From the NCBI GenBank assembly GCA_965112735.1, contig OZ218965.1, positions 1,550,001-1,614,000 on the forward strand: 64,000 nucleotides of DNA. The letters run 5' to 3'. Source of the DNA: Phaeosaccion multiseriatum. Lineage: Eukaryota > Protista > Ochrophyta, other classes. Of this stretch, positions 44,330-56,784 are shown piece after piece. Made by a program: the position numbers and the translations under genes. Each line of letters opens with the position of its first letter. The first letter of the stretch is position 1. Under the pieces are notes generated by a model. The model ran no database searches. It was not told where the DNA came from and worked only from the letters and a program-made list of their open reading frames with translations.

Positions 44330-46729
44330 GGTGTTGACAGCATGATCATCAAAGGGGCAGGGGCCGGGGAAGGGGGTTGAGGGGGACACGTTCGGTTTCG
44401 TTGTGAGTGAGAATTCATTCCCCCACGGAATGGACAGCAGGACAGTGCGACAGTGCGGGCACCCACAGAAGAAGAGGACCATGTCGGAGGGCAGAGATCA
44501 GGAGCAGTTCCAAAACCACCTCCCAGAGACCACTGCCAGCCCCCCTTCCAGAGACGCAAAGGCGCCTGTTCTGTTGCCCCAGACCTACTCTACCCATATA
44601 CCTCTACTCTGCCCATACGCCTTACCTCCTCCATGTCTCGCAGGGTGCTGGCGACCTGGCTTTGCAGAGCCTTAGTGGCCGTTGCCACACACGCGGGTAC
44701 CTCCTTGCCTAGCTGCTCTTGCACCTCTTTCCGTAACTGCCCCATGGCCTCTCGGGCCTTGTTCAGCTGCCCCATGAGCCCCTCCACCACCGCCGGACTC
44801 GGGCCCTTTGTCGCCGCCTCCTCCGCCGCGGCGAGCTTCTTGGCCAGGGCCTTGTTTTCCTTCTTCAACACGTGTATCTCTTCGTCCTTGGCCTTCTCAA
44901 GCTTCTCCATCTCGGCCTCGACCTCTGTGAGCATGTCTGCATTCTGTTTCTCGAGGGCCTTACGAGCCTTTTTGTGCTTCTCCACCCGTCCCTTGAGCGC
45001 CTCCACCTGTGCCGCCATATCGTCGTCAGCCCCCCCGCCCGCCACCGCTAATGCCGTTGCCCCCACTGCTGCCGCTGCGTTTGCCTCGTCTCCCGACGGG
45101 GGCGCTGGAGGCATAACGGGCCCGCTGATGTGGCCTGAGCCTGACACGGAGTCTTCGGTATCGAGCTTGGCCCTCAGCTCCTGGATCTCTCCATCGCGGG
45201 CACTCAGGATGCTCTGCAGTTCGGACACACGGCCCCTTACCCACGCGCGGCTGCTCGGCTTCCCATCCTCCCCCATATACTCTTCGCCGTCTGAGGCAAG
45301 GTGGAGAGGGAGAGAGGGGTAGAGGTCGAGAGACGGAGAGAGTCAGGGACAGAGAGAGTCAGTGGCCCGCCGGACGTGATGAGAGAGGGAGAGGGAGAGA
45401 AGGGTAGAGGTAGACAGGGAGTGAGGTAGAGATGCACCAAAGGGAGAGGGAGATAGATGGACAGAGAGAGGAGACAGGAAGAGAGAGAGTCGGCGGCCCG
45501 CCGGACGTGATGAGAGAGGAGAGGGAGAGAGGGTAGAGGTAGGCGGACAGAGAGAGAGAGGTGGAGAGAGGTGGAGATAAGACAAAATGGAGAGATATAG
45601 AAAGAGAGAGAGAGACAGGGAGACTCAGTGGCCCGCCGGAAGTGATGAGAGAGGGAGAGGGGGAGAGGAAGACAGACAGAGGTAGAGAGATAGAGAGAGA
45701 GAGACAGACATGGAAGCGGAGAGAGAGGGGGAGAGGCGGATAGAGATGGAGGCAGGTACAGAGAGAGTCAGTGGGAGGGGTAGCGGCTGAGAGAGAGAGA
45801 GAAAATGGAACAGATAGACAGAGACAGAACAAGAGAGTCAGTGATGAGTCCAGCAACAGTGCAACGACTTCGGGTGCCGGGGAGTGCCAGTCAACTCACC
45901 AAAGTCTTCCTCTGAAATGGCGTCGCCGTTGCCCACCGCTTCCCCTGCTGCCTCTGCGGCGGCTGCTGCAACCGCTGCTACTGCGCCGCCCGTGCCCCCA
46001 TCCCCCCCCTTGGCTCGCGTATAGTCCTGGTGGATCTCGCTGAGCGTTTCCCTGAACTTGTTTGCCTGCTGGAAGAGCTTGTGGTTCTTGTCCTTGAGGT
46101 GGGCATGTACCTGAAAGAGAGAGAGAGAGAGACATGTTGGGCTTGGTGTGAGACTGCCCCTCCCTCAGCAGCTTCTAGTTAGCTACATATGGCATTTTCT
46201 TCGGAGAGAAATCCTTTGGTCTTGGACTGACCTGGTGCATGCAGCTGTTCTCTTCTCGAAGCGTCTTTAACTCCTCTGAGAGGTGGTGCTCCAGCTCTGC
46301 GTCGCTGGCTCGCACATCCCTCGTCTGCCGCACAAAGGCCGCCAACCGGAGCTGCAGTTCCTCCGTCACGGCGCGCACAGTCGCCCTGGCCTCGGAGGGA
46401 GAGTGGGTCGCTGCCTCACCGCCGCTGGGCTGCAGGCCCCCCGCCTCTCCTGCCACTGCCGAGTCTTCCCCTCCTTCACCCCCAGGCTGCTGCGTCTGTA
46501 TCCCGACCAGCTTGGCGATGGCTTTCTCGATGACCTCATCGCGCTGCTTCATGCGAGTGCCCAGCGAGGCGCGCAGTACCGCGGCTTGCGACTTGCTCAT
46601 TGCCTCGAGGCGAAGAAGTCGATAATCAGAAGGAGGGAGCTTCTGCTGCTGTTGCTGCTGCTGCTGATTCGTATAGGCAGAGCTCTCTTCCCCCCCTCCG
46701 CCCTGCTGGAGCTCCACGGAGGGAGGCAT
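41352..46729 (-). CDS. Kinesin-14 (C-terminal motor, KIFC3/Ncd-like)
   Basis: N-terminal coiled coil; neck [24 protein letters not shown]; [12 protein letters not shown]|TGTGKTYTM; MNEHSSRSH; LIDLAGSER; [13 protein letters not shown]; [17 protein letters not shown]; [10 protein letters not shown]. About 9 exons. Confidence 0.92.
45355..45655. repeat. Intronic minisatellite, three ~130-bp units with core AGTGGCCCGCCGGACGTGATGAGAGAGG
   Basis: Core recurs at ~45361, ~45491 and ~45627 with GA-rich spacers. Confidence 0.7.
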
Positions 46730-46999
46730 GGTGACACACAGCTGTCTCTCTCTCCTCGCTCACACACAAAACGAGAGACCAAACAGTTGCGAATTTTTAT
46801 TTTTTGGGCAAACCGCAAGGATGGCACCTGACGGCCTAAACATCCTTCTTCTCTCACTCGCTCTCTACTCTATGGTCCAAGATGAAGAGAGCAGTAGTAG
46901 GAGGATGAGGAGCATGATGAGGAGCAGGAGGAGGGAGGCGTCAAAGTGTTTTATTGAATTAAAAGCCTTTTAGTGAAGAATAGGCTTAAGCTTGCCCGG

Positions 47000-48562
47000 A
47001 TGCTCCTCCTCCTGGCCCGTACCCTCCTCTCTCGCCTCGAATGGTGAGTTTGCGGAGCCGCAAATGAGGTTTCTCCTCCGCTTCCAACAACCTGACCTCT
47101 CTCCTTTCCCCTCCCGCTCTCCACCTCCAGTGCCGTGAGCTACCTCTACCCAGCCTTGGCCTCCGCCAAGGCTGCTGTCCAAGAGGATGAAGACGCCGGG
47201 ATGCAGTGGGTCACTTACTGGTGAGACATGAAGGGAGAAGCGTTCGGACGTAACGCGAAGTGGGGGGAAGCTGAAGACCCTATGCCATCTCATTGCTGTT
47301 GCTGCTGCCATCTCTTGCTGTGTGCAATCCATCTCTACGCTTAGGATTGTGATTTCCATCTGGAGTGTCCTGGAGCTTCTAGTCGACGTGATCGGGCCCC
47401 GGTAAGTGCACACACCAGAGTAGCCTGCCTGTTCATTCCTCACCTCGCTTCTTTCCCACACCCTTGCTTCTACCGCTGCTCTTGCGATTGCTGCGCTGGG
47501 TCCCTGCATCCTCCCTCCCCTCCCCCCCTGGCTCCGTCTCCTACATGATGGCGAAGTCTCTTGCCGCTGTACTCTGAGGTGAAGCTCGGTAAGTGCCGTT
47601 GCCTCAGCAGTCAGCAGACTTCCAATGCGAAAAGACTCCAAGACACTGACACACCCAACTATACTTGCCTCGCTCACGTCGCACACAGTGTTTGTGCTGT
47701 GGCTCGTGCTACCTCGGTACCAGGGAGCGGCCGTGCTGTATCGCCACCTCATCCACCCCCACTTTGAGAGGTACGAGGAGGACATTGACGGGCACCTCGC
47801 AGACATGCAGCGAAGATGCACCACCCGCGCCAAGGACCTCACCGCCAACCTCGCTTCGGAGGTGGTCAGTCGGGTCAGTGCACAGGGCAGGTAGGTGTGG
47901 TAGGTGTGGTATCTCATGTGTTAGGAGGAGGCTATCTGTCGGGGCAGTGTGGATGGAAGATTGGCTCTTGAGAGAATGTCCGCCCGCTCTTCCCTCTGCG
48001 CAGCTCTGTCAAGGAGCAGGTATTGGCCCACGCTCTGCGCTTCGCCACCTCTGCCCCCGCAGGAGGGGGGAATGGGAGCGGCGCAGGCCGGGGCGAGAAG
48101 GAGGAAGAAGAGGAGGTGGAGGTGGAGGAGGAAGAAGAAGAGGACGAGGAGTACTCCGAAGACCTCTTGGTGGACCTGAGGAGGACACTCAGAGTTGGGA
48201 TTTACGTGAACGCGGGGTTTCCGCGGAGGCAGGCAGCAGTAGCAGCAGCAGCCGCAGCGGCAGCAGGAGGAGGAAGGACCATGCCCATTCAGCCGTGTCG
48301 GGTGCGGCTTCTCACGGGCAGCGTGTGCACTCTGGCCATCAAGCCGTCAGCGTTGGAGGAGGAGGAGGAGGAGGTCATGTTCGAGGTGCAGGGTGTACTC
48401 GACGAGAGGAGGAGCAGGGCTGCTGCTGTGCTCTGTCTCCATGGGAAGGGCGAGGAAGACGTACTTGAGCTTCAGCTGCCTTCTGTGGAGGACAGGCAGA
48501 CGCTGCTCGTGGGCTTCCGTCTCCTCGTGGGCAGCCGGGACAACAACGTGCCATCGCAGTAG
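47000..48562 (+). CDS. TB2/DP1/HVA22 (REEP/Yop1) family protein with C-terminal PH-like extension
   Basis: Spliced SYLYPALASAKA...QWVTYW|IVISIWSVLE...PLYSEVKL|VFVLWLVLPRYQGAAVLYRHLIHPHFERYEEDID; 6 exons. Confidence 0.85.
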
Positions 48563-48750
48563 GCATCTTGAGGTGAACAAAAGAGGCCCTGGGCTCTTAT
48601 CCCCCCAAAAAGAAGACGGTATCCTTGTATGTTATGGTATGGTATTTTTATTTTTATACAAATTGTGTCATCGTCGCCCCACGGGCCACGACTCTCACCA
48701 TCTCACTCGCAGTGGTGCGCGTGTGGATGTCATATGCCAACTTGCCAACT

Positions 48751-49140
48751 TCACCCCAGCACCTGCGGCTCCTGGGCACTCCTCTCTATGCTGGTGAACA
48801 GCAGCTTGTACAGACTGGCGGCGTCGGCAGGGTCCTTGACACGGATGAGGTTTGTGGTCACGCCCCCGTCGGTCCCGCCCAGCACGGACGTCACCCGCAC
48901 AGCCGTCTCCCCCTCCAGCGTCACAGTTGCCTGCCCCCGAAGAGCCACATTCACCACCACGGCCAGGGTGCCCTCCCGCCGCATCACGAGGCGCGTGGTT
49001 CGCTGCCGAATCATCTCTGTGCTTTCCTCTTGCTCCTTTGTGTCCGAGTCTCCTCCTGCGCTCGAGAGAGAGGGTGGGCCGGAGGAGTCGCCACTCTTCG
49101 CGTCGCTGTCATCCTTTCCCGCTGGTGGCGGCTCTGCAGG

Positions 49141-49187
<47 letters not shown>

Positions 49188-49776
49188 GTGGTGGTGCGAC
49201 GTTTCCCTCTTGTTCCTTCTTGTCCCCCTGCTGCGCCTCCTCCTCCTCCTCCTGCGCCACCCCTTTTTTGGGCCGCATGGAGACTCGAACCCGCTCCAAC
49301 ACCTTGAGGGGGCCCTTGCCAAGCTCTTGCCATTCGAGCCGCTCCTCCCCGTCGAGCTTTAGCAGGCGAAAGGCCTTGGCCCTCGGCAGCGCCAGCAGGC
49401 AAGACTCGTCCTCCTCCCCGTTGATCACGTCCGCGGGGCTTTGTAAGCCCTTCATGGTCGCATAGGGAGCAGACCCCGTCACGTCCTCTCCGCCTCCACT
49501 CGCCGCACTCGCCTCGTCATTACTCCCCTTCCCCGGCTCACCACTCACTACTCCCCACTCTCCTCCCTCCGCTCCTGCCTCCACATCGACGCCGAGTCCC
49601 CAGCCATTGTTGTCCTGCTCATCTTCTGGCGCCTTTGCCTTTGGAGCACCACTCTTGGATGTCCCAAAGACAGAGCCGCTGGGCCCAGCAGCGCTGCCCC
49701 ATATGCTCGCCTTGTCACCACTGCTGGAGGAAAATGGTCCTCCCCCTCCGTCTGCTGCTTTTGGGAGAGCTGCCGG

Positions 49777-49821
<45 letters not shown>

Positions 49822-50994
49822 GGATGCCCCTGCTCCCGCTTCTCCTGCTGTTCCTGGCGTCGTGGACGCACCCTTCCCAAAGCCACTAGTGGCCGCCGAA
49901 CTAAAGCCGAATGCCCCCTGGGCTGCCGCGAAGGAGCTAAAACCGCCCACCGGTCCTCCCACCACGCCCCTGACGCCATTGCCTGCAGCCCCTCCTTCCG
50001 CTGCTGTGGAGGAGCCGAAGCCCCCCGCCGTGCCAAACCCCAGTGGAGCACTGCCTACTACTGACGCACTGCCAAAGCCAGCGAAACTGCCATGACTGCC
50101 GCCGGACAGCGACTTGAAGGGATTGGTTCTGGTGCTCGAGCGGCCGCTGGGGCTCGCCCCCAGGCCGGTTGGTGCTGCTGCTCCAGTGGCGGCGCTGCTG
50201 AGCGAAGAAAAGCCGAGCCCTGAGGCAGAAGGAGCAGTGGCGCCATCGTCCAGTTTGGCCACCCTGTTTGTTGGGTTGGACAGGAGAGAGAGAGGCGAGC
50301 GTATGCGATGGTTGAGTCACAGTACCCCACCCCCGTGGTCCCTCATAAGCAGAAGAACTATTGTGAGTGTGAGCTTTGCGCCCCGGAGGGAGAAGAGGGG
50401 AGGAGGTGGTGGTTGGAGCGCCCTTGTCCGCGACAAGCAGGGGACGAGGCTTGGGGTCAAAATGCATCATTTCTTCGAAAGCAGGAAGGCCTTGGTTACT
50501 CACTTTGCGCTTGGCTCGGATTCCCCAACCGTTGAGCTTGTACCCTCCACAGGTCCGGCACCACTTCCTCCCTCCGCAGCTCCAGTACTGTCAGTGGCGT
50601 CGCTACTCGTACCACTACCGGTCGCTGCCTTTCTCTTGCGCCCCCTGTCCGGCCCAGCTGGCGCCTCTCCTCCCGCCAAAGGAACTTGCTCGACTGGCTC
50701 TCCAGACGCCGTTGCCACCGCTGCCGCTGCCGCTGCGTCTGTTTCTGGTTCTGCTGGCTGGGGTGAGGGGAGTTGTGCCGCTGCTTCACTCTCCTGCTGC
50801 GACGTCACCTCTCCTCCCCCATCACCGTCGCCGCCATTTGCCTCTGTCTGCTCTCCACCGTCTCCCTGTCCCTGTTGCTCGTTCCCCTGCGGCTGCTGCG
50901 GCTGCTGCTGCTCCTGCTCTTGCTGCTCCTCCTCCTCCTTCTGCGGCTGAGCCTCGGCCTCGCGCGCCTCTGCGGCCTCCGTAGCCGACGACAT
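48751..50994 (-). CDS. Ran-binding-domain protein with FG-like repeats (Nup50/RanBP3/Yrb2-like)
   Basis: GRKRK NLS-like motif; GF/FG repeats; NGEEDE...AKAFRL...WQELGKGPLKV...RLVMRREGTLAVVVN. Intron 50264-50503. Confidence 0.8.
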
Positions 50995-51367
50995 GCTCAC
51001 TCAGATCTCCTCTTGATGAACGAGGAACGAGCGAGGGGGGCGTCTCGAAGGTTTTAGCGCTTAGGCCCAGGCCAGGCCCCGAGGGGGCCTTTACCAAACC
51101 AAATCGGCCGCCTTTGTTATCACAGAGTCAGATAGAGTAAGAGAAACGAGAGCGTTGGGAGCAGGGCCGCAGCTCAAGTACTTGCGTAGCTTGGTGCCCC
51201 TTTGCGCCGGCTTTGTTTGTGGGCTGCTTGTTCCATCCTTGCGCAGTGAGGAGACTTTTTAGAAGAGCGGGAGGCTTTCCGACTCGTTGGGCTCTCCTCT
51301 GTTTGGGCACTCGCGGCGGCCCAGGGTCTTGTCTTTTTCTTCGTAGAAGGGGTGTTGTGTGGACGCT

Positions 51368-53182
51368 ATGGTGCATGGCGAAAGGGCGGGTGCCGCTATC
51401 GCAGCCTTGGCGGCCGTGGGGCTCGTGGCAACGCTCCCCTGCTGCACCTTGGCCTTCTCGACGAGCCTGTTGCCCTCCTCCTCCTCCTCCTCCTCCAGCT
51501 CCACCCTCCGCCCCCTCTGCCCCTCAACAACGCCCTCTTCCACCTCACGGCGAGTAGCGCACACTTGTCGCCATCAGCCAACGAGGGCTCGAGGGCGGTG
51601 GGGGGCCGTGCTGAAGGGCAGCGGGGCGGACACTGTAGGAGGAGGAGAGTGGATAGACGCGGAGGGGGAGGAGGAGGAGCGGAATGCCTTGTTTGACGAC
51701 GAAGAGGACTGGGACGACGACGACGATGATGATTATGACTATGATGATGATGAGGATGACGACGAGCCCCGGGAAAAGAAGGTTTATCATATGCATCACT
51801 ACGACGAGAAGACCATTGATGCCTTGCACGGGGCCTACCGGATAATGGCAAAGATGCGGGGAGACAATCTCATGACTGGCGACACTTCCGCTGAGAACGA
51901 CGTGCTGAGGGCCAACCTGGACTTTTACATTACGCGATGCAATAAGGACCAAAAGAAGATTTCGCAAGTGTGGAAGGCGCAAGACAATGACGTGACGTGC
52001 ATCTATCCGCTCACGGCGCCAGTGACAGGGTCGGAGAGTGTCGTGAATGTCTACCTCAAGATGTTTAGAAATGACGACGAGCGGTACCGGAGGTGCAAGG
52101 TGGCTCCTTTGGACGCGACGGTGCGCGTGGTTGGGAGCATTGGCGTTGTGACGTGCGTGGAGGAGCTGAGGGTGCCGGGCATGTCCACTTGGCAGCGGAC
52201 GAGTGCCACCAATGTGTTTCGCAAGTATGGCGACGACTGGAAGCTCATCCACCACCAGGCCACGCAGCACCCCGAGCGGGGCATTCCCACGGGAAAGTCG
52301 GCACCGCCGCCGGGCAAGACGTGGAATGACTACAAGCAGGAGCCGCTGTCGGCCGCAGATTTGCAGGGGGGGCAGTCAGAGGGGCTCTCCGCGCTCTCAG
52401 ACTTGCTGGGCGGGCAGCAGGGGGGCGGCGGCGACGAGCAGGAGCGTCGGATCATCGCGTTGGGGGCGGACGGACAGCCCCTCGACCCGCAGGCGCTGGA
52501 GGACCTCCTGAGCAGCTTGGACAAGGGGGGCCTGGGCGGCGGGCTCAAGTTCTCCACATCCATCAACACAAATGGCATGGACAACCCCGACGAGGCCAAG
52601 CGGCTGAGCAGGGAGTTTGGGGAGGCCCTGCGGAATCACATTTTGGGCAGGATGGGCATTAGGAAGCCCAGCCCCCTCCCCGGGTCAGCCGGCGGGGGCT
52701 CGATTGACAAGAGTGGAGCGGACAAGGAATGGGCGGCCATTGCCGACTCGCTCAACAGGCGGGAGTTGAGGAAGAGGGACACGCGGAGGAAGGCAAACAA
52801 GCTGCGGAGAGCGGGCGCAGGCGGGGCGGGCAGCAATGGCAAGGACGGCAGCAGTAGAAACAAGAACAGTAAGAGCTCCAGCTCCAGCCGGAACGGCGGC
52901 GGTGGCAGAGACAATGTGCGCAAAGCCGTGGCGGCGCTGCAGCGTATCCACAAGGAGGGGCGCATCACGGCAGGGCAGAAGAAGACTCTGCTGACGGACA
53001 TTATCAAACGCTCCTCCGGGGACGAGGCCAGCATGGTGGAGATGGCCTACGACCTGCTGCTGGCCCCCGCCGAGTATCTCAAGGAGAAGAGGGTCAAGCC
53101 GGCCATCGACGAGGCCGTGTTGGAGGAGTTTGCAGAGCAGTGCGTGGTGTTTGCCAAGCAAGTTTCCACTAGCAGCGCGTGA
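51368..53182 (+). CDS. Plastid-targeted SnoaL-like (NTF2 fold) protein, intronless
   Basis: Signal peptide + TLA|FS + Ser-rich transit peptide; VLRANLDFY...VTCIYP...VTG...ATNVFRKYGDDWKLIHHQA. Confidence 0.8.
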   Translation: MVHGERAGAAIAALAAVGLVATLPCCTLAFSTSLLPSSSSSSSSSTLRPLCPSTTPSSTSRRVAHTCRHQPTRARGRWGAVLKGSGADTVGGGEWIDAEGEEEERNALFDDEEDWDDDDDDDYDYDDDEDDDEPREKKVYHMHHYDEKTIDALHGAYRIMAKMRGDNLMTGDTSAENDVLRANLDFYITRCNKDQKKISQVWKAQDNDVTCIYPLTAPVTGSESVVNVYLKMFRNDDERYRRCKVAPLDATVRVVGSIGVVTCVEELRVPGMSTWQRTSATNVFRKYGDDWKLIHHQATQHPERGIPTGKSAPPPGKTWNDYKQEPLSAADLQGGQSEGLSALSDLLGGQQGGGGDEQERRIIALGADGQPLDPQALEDLLSSLDKGGLGGGLKFSTSINTNGMDNPDEAKRLSREFGEALRNHILGRMGIRKPSPLPGSAGGGSIDKSGADKEWAAIADSLNRRELRKRDTRRKANKLRRAGAGGAGSNGKDGSSRNKNSKSSSSSRNGGGGRDNVRKAVAALQRIHKEGRITAGQKKTLLTDIIKRSSGDEASMVEMAYDLLLAPAEYLKEKRVKPAIDEAVLEEFAEQCVVFAKQVSTSSA

Positions 53183-54560
53183 AAAACTGAACTGCCTCTT
53201 TTGTAGGACCATCGGAATGATAAATACATACTGTAGTATTCATAAGCTTGGGAGGTTGTGTGGGAGTCTACGTTACGCGTAGCGTACAAGGCTTGACCTG
53301 GCCGCTAACGGAGAATGGAGGGGGACGGGAGGGGCAGAGTTGAGGATGACGAGACAAGGAAGTCATCGACGCCACAGACCATCTGCTAGGCTTCCGATCA
53401 TACGTTCCGCGGTAAAGTAGAATGTCCGTTTCCTAGGCTTGATGCCACACGGACCCCCCCTCAACAATGATGCGATCAGTCTGCCGATTATAAGTGTGTA
53501 GACCCCCCGCAAGGTGAAAAAATGCACAACGAAGTACAAAACTTCCATTCTCTGCAGCTACAATAGTCCACGTGGGAGTGTGCCGTCCAGAGAATGGCGC
53601 CACTCTGGGCCCCCAACTCCCCACTCCCCCCTCCCTCTTCACCGCCCCAACGCGAGTGACCACGCCGACCTCTTTGGCCTCGCGCTTTTGGCTGACCTGC
53701 CTCTTGGCTCTTGTGCTGCCCGCCCCTTGGGTCTTGTCTACTGTTGAATCATCTCCCCTGCCACCTCCCCTTTTCTCTCCATCTCTCTGTGCAAAGAGAA
53801 CGAGGCAGTCTTCCCTCCCTCTCTCTCTCTCTTCTCATGGACACCACACTACACTGTGTCATGCCCATGCACATAGGTAGGTACGTAAGTATGTACGTAA
53901 GTAGGTAAAGTAAATACGTACGTAGGTACGCAGATACGTAGATAAGTAGGAAGGCAGGAAGGCAGGAAGGCAGGCAGGAAGGCAGGCAGGTAGGCAGGCA
54001 GGTGGGTGGTGTATTTTAGAAGGGGGGGAAGGTTGAAGTTTGGAGTTTGGTTTATCTATATATTACACCCTTAAGTGCCATCTATGGTTGTCTAAAAGTA
54101 ATGTCTCACCGCCCCGGGGAACTTAGCCCTCGAGGTCGTGTCCCTCTGACTCATCAGTTCTCCCCATTGGAACAAAGTTGATACCAGCCAGGATCCTGTG
54201 TCGAACCGATCGTTCGTGTCGGGCCCGCTGGAGCGCTACGGCTAATCGTCGCCGAATGACGAAAACAGCTCTCGCATGGTTTGGTTTATATACGTGTTGG
54301 TGCCCCACTCACAGTTGGTGATAGTTCCCGTATGTCCCTCCCTTTTCCATTCTCCCTCCCCTTTTTCTTCCCTTAACGCTTGGGCAGGGAACGAGGCCTG
54401 AGTAGGGATACCTCCTCAGACGAGAGAGTAGAAGAGGCGGGGCCCGGGCCTTCGACAGAGTAATCCTCCTTCCCCCCCCTCCCCCCCCCCAGACACTTGT
54501 TCCCGCGGGAGTCCCGCGGGAGTCCCGCGAGAAGGAGGGAGGTGAGGAGGCTATGCGTGA

Positions 54561-55728
54561 GGAGGGGGAACGAGGGGAGGGACAAGAGGAGGTCACCGCG
54601 AAGAGAAAGAAACCTCTACCGAAGGGGGTGATGAGGAGGAAGGCGCTGCAGCTGCTGGAGCTGCCCATTCTCCGGTCCCACCGGACTCGGGTAAAGAAGA
54701 TGGCTGTGTTGAATGCAGCGCGGATGAGGATGAAGGATCTGCGGTATCCGAAGGGACAGAGAAGGAGGTGACCTGCTTTGAAGTCTGCCACGAGGTGCTG
54801 GGAAATCTCGGGCTGCTCCGCGTCATGTTGGAGCACGTGGGAGACGGGCATTTCATCTTTGTGGCTGGTGCGTGTATGGTGTGGAGGACACAATACACCG
54901 CCTTGTATCCAGCCACAGAGACGGACTTCTCGTCTATGGTGAGCTCTGTCGAGCGCATGGAATGGGCGACGAGGCATGGCCTGGAGCTGAGTGAGAATGT
55001 CTTCGACGCTGCTGTCAAGTATGGGGATGTCCACGTGTGCAAGGCCCTTCATGGCAAGGGTTGCCCCTGGAATAAGCAGGTGTGTAGCGCAACGGCTACC
55101 AATAAGCAGCATGGCCTCAGCATTGTTCAATGGCTGCAAGCAGACGAACTTGGCGAAAATGGTCCTTCCGGCGGGTCAAGGCAAAAGTGGCCGTGGCCTT
55201 ATGATATGTGTGCGTTTGCTGCAGAGGAAGGCAATCTGGAGATGCTGGAGTGGCTTCTTGATGAGAATGGGGGAAATCGCTGCATGGTGGACTGCACTTG
55301 GCAGAGTGCTTGTAGAGGAGGGCACGTTCCCATCGTGGAGTTCCTGCTGAATCACCTTAATTCTGGAGACGCGCTTGACGATGATGACGTTCAAAGCCTC
55401 AAGGGGGGGCATCTCATAGCTGCCGAATGGGGCCACCTTGAGGTACTGCAGCTTCTCCATGCCAAGGCTCCCCACCTCTGCGAATGGGATACTAAGATCT
55501 GTTCTTGGGCAGTCATGGCCAAGAGCCTGGCGACACTCAAGTGGCTCCGGTCGGAGCAAGTGCAGTGTCCATGGGACGCGCGTTCCTGTCCGCAGGTCAT
55601 CAGGGACAATGAGAGTTAGTTATGAAGCCATGCATTACGGTTATGAGTGGGATATTAGTGACGCCACTTTCAAGGAGATGAAGCAGTGGGTGCATGCCCA
55701 TGGACACCCCTGTGCCTGCGAGGACTGA
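54561..55728 (+). pseudogene. Ankyrin-repeat (CPW-type) protein, intronless, disrupted near the 3' end; start unclear
   Basis: AAVKYGDVHVCKALHGKGCPWN, AAEEGNLEMLEWL, ACRGGHVPIVEFL, AAEWGHLEVLQLL, LKWLRSEQVQCPWD. Frameshift/stop at ~55613-55620, after which the reading resumes YEAMHYG...MKQWVHAHGHPC. Confidence 0.7.
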
Positions 55729-56651
55729 TGTAGGAGTCTCACGTGGAGACGAGTGTGAGGTGGAAGCGCACAGAGACAGGACAAGAGCAGAGTGTTGTTG
55801 TTGTTGTTGTTGTTGTTCGTTGGAAGGAGCTCCAGAGACAGGACAAGAACAGAGTGTTGCTGTTGGAAGAGGAGCTCGTCGCCGCGTGTGGACATGTATG
55901 CATGTCCATAGCAGCCCAAGGGCATCGGCAGTGTGTCGCATCTCACGCGTTTGTACATAGAGAGAGCGAGCAGGGATAGAGAGCGGGCAGGGGGAGAGGG
56001 GTGGGGGGGGGGGGGGTTGCGAAGAAGTGGGGCGCAGAGAGAGAGACTAGAGCAGGGAATCACCCTTTGAAGGGACGGTTCCCTCTCTTGCTGTCATCCA
56101 TCTCTGTCACGCCAACATTTGCGCTCTTATGGGTCCTCGTACAAGTAACTACTACGAAATATAATACTGTACCATATTAAAAAATAAAATAAAATTGAGG
56201 ATTGCTCTTGTCTTTCATCTCTCCTTGGAAGGTCCATGTATTCTTCGTGTGGATGCTGTTCTGTATGTGTTCGGCGCCGTGCTTTGGCCCGACCCCGACC
56301 CCGACCGGCTGACCCCTTCCCGTCTCGCTGCAGGACCGAAGTACCTCAGGGTGTTTCGGCACGCTCACCCTTCCCCACCATTGCTTCCATCTCCACACCC
56401 CCCGCCGGTGTCTGGCAACAAGGAAGAGAGCCCCACGGCCCCACAGCGGCGAGACAAGACATATCTATCCGCCGCGCGGCTGAGAGAGGCGCTGAGCGCG
56501 ACTCCTACCTGGGGTTTACGCACGACATACAACAAAGGGAATGCGCGTAGCGCACTATATGCTCATGGTGCACATGCTTCCGCCCTCCCCTACAAGTAAT
56601 CTAATCAAGTCCCTCTCTCTTCTCTCTCCTCCCCTTTTGAGGAGACTTTGT

Positions 56652-56784
56652 GGTCACCATAAGGTCAACGTAAGGTCACCATAAGGTCACCAAAAGGTCA
56701 CCACAAGGTCACCATAAGGTCACCGTAAGGTCACCATAAGGTCACCATAAGGTCCACATAAGGTCACCATAAGGTCAACATAAG
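56652..56784. repeat. Tandem array of an 11-bp unit TAAGGTCACCA (about 12 copies)
   Basis: Direct reading; single-base variants among units. Confidence 0.9.

Noticed and set aside
54123-54308. RRRLAVALQRA resembling the C-terminus of RLE-type non-LTR retrotransposons
   Set aside because: Single short motif with no RT or endonuclease motifs visible.
56140-56599. 9-bp direct repeat TACAAGTAA flanking ~440 bp, as a possible TSD
   Set aside because: No TIRs, no correctly oriented poly-A tail and no recognisable coding remnant.
56652-56784. Possible CRISPR array or nuclear-receptor AGGTCA elements
   Set aside because: No spacers or cas genes and the context is eukaryotic; nuclear receptors are animal-specific.
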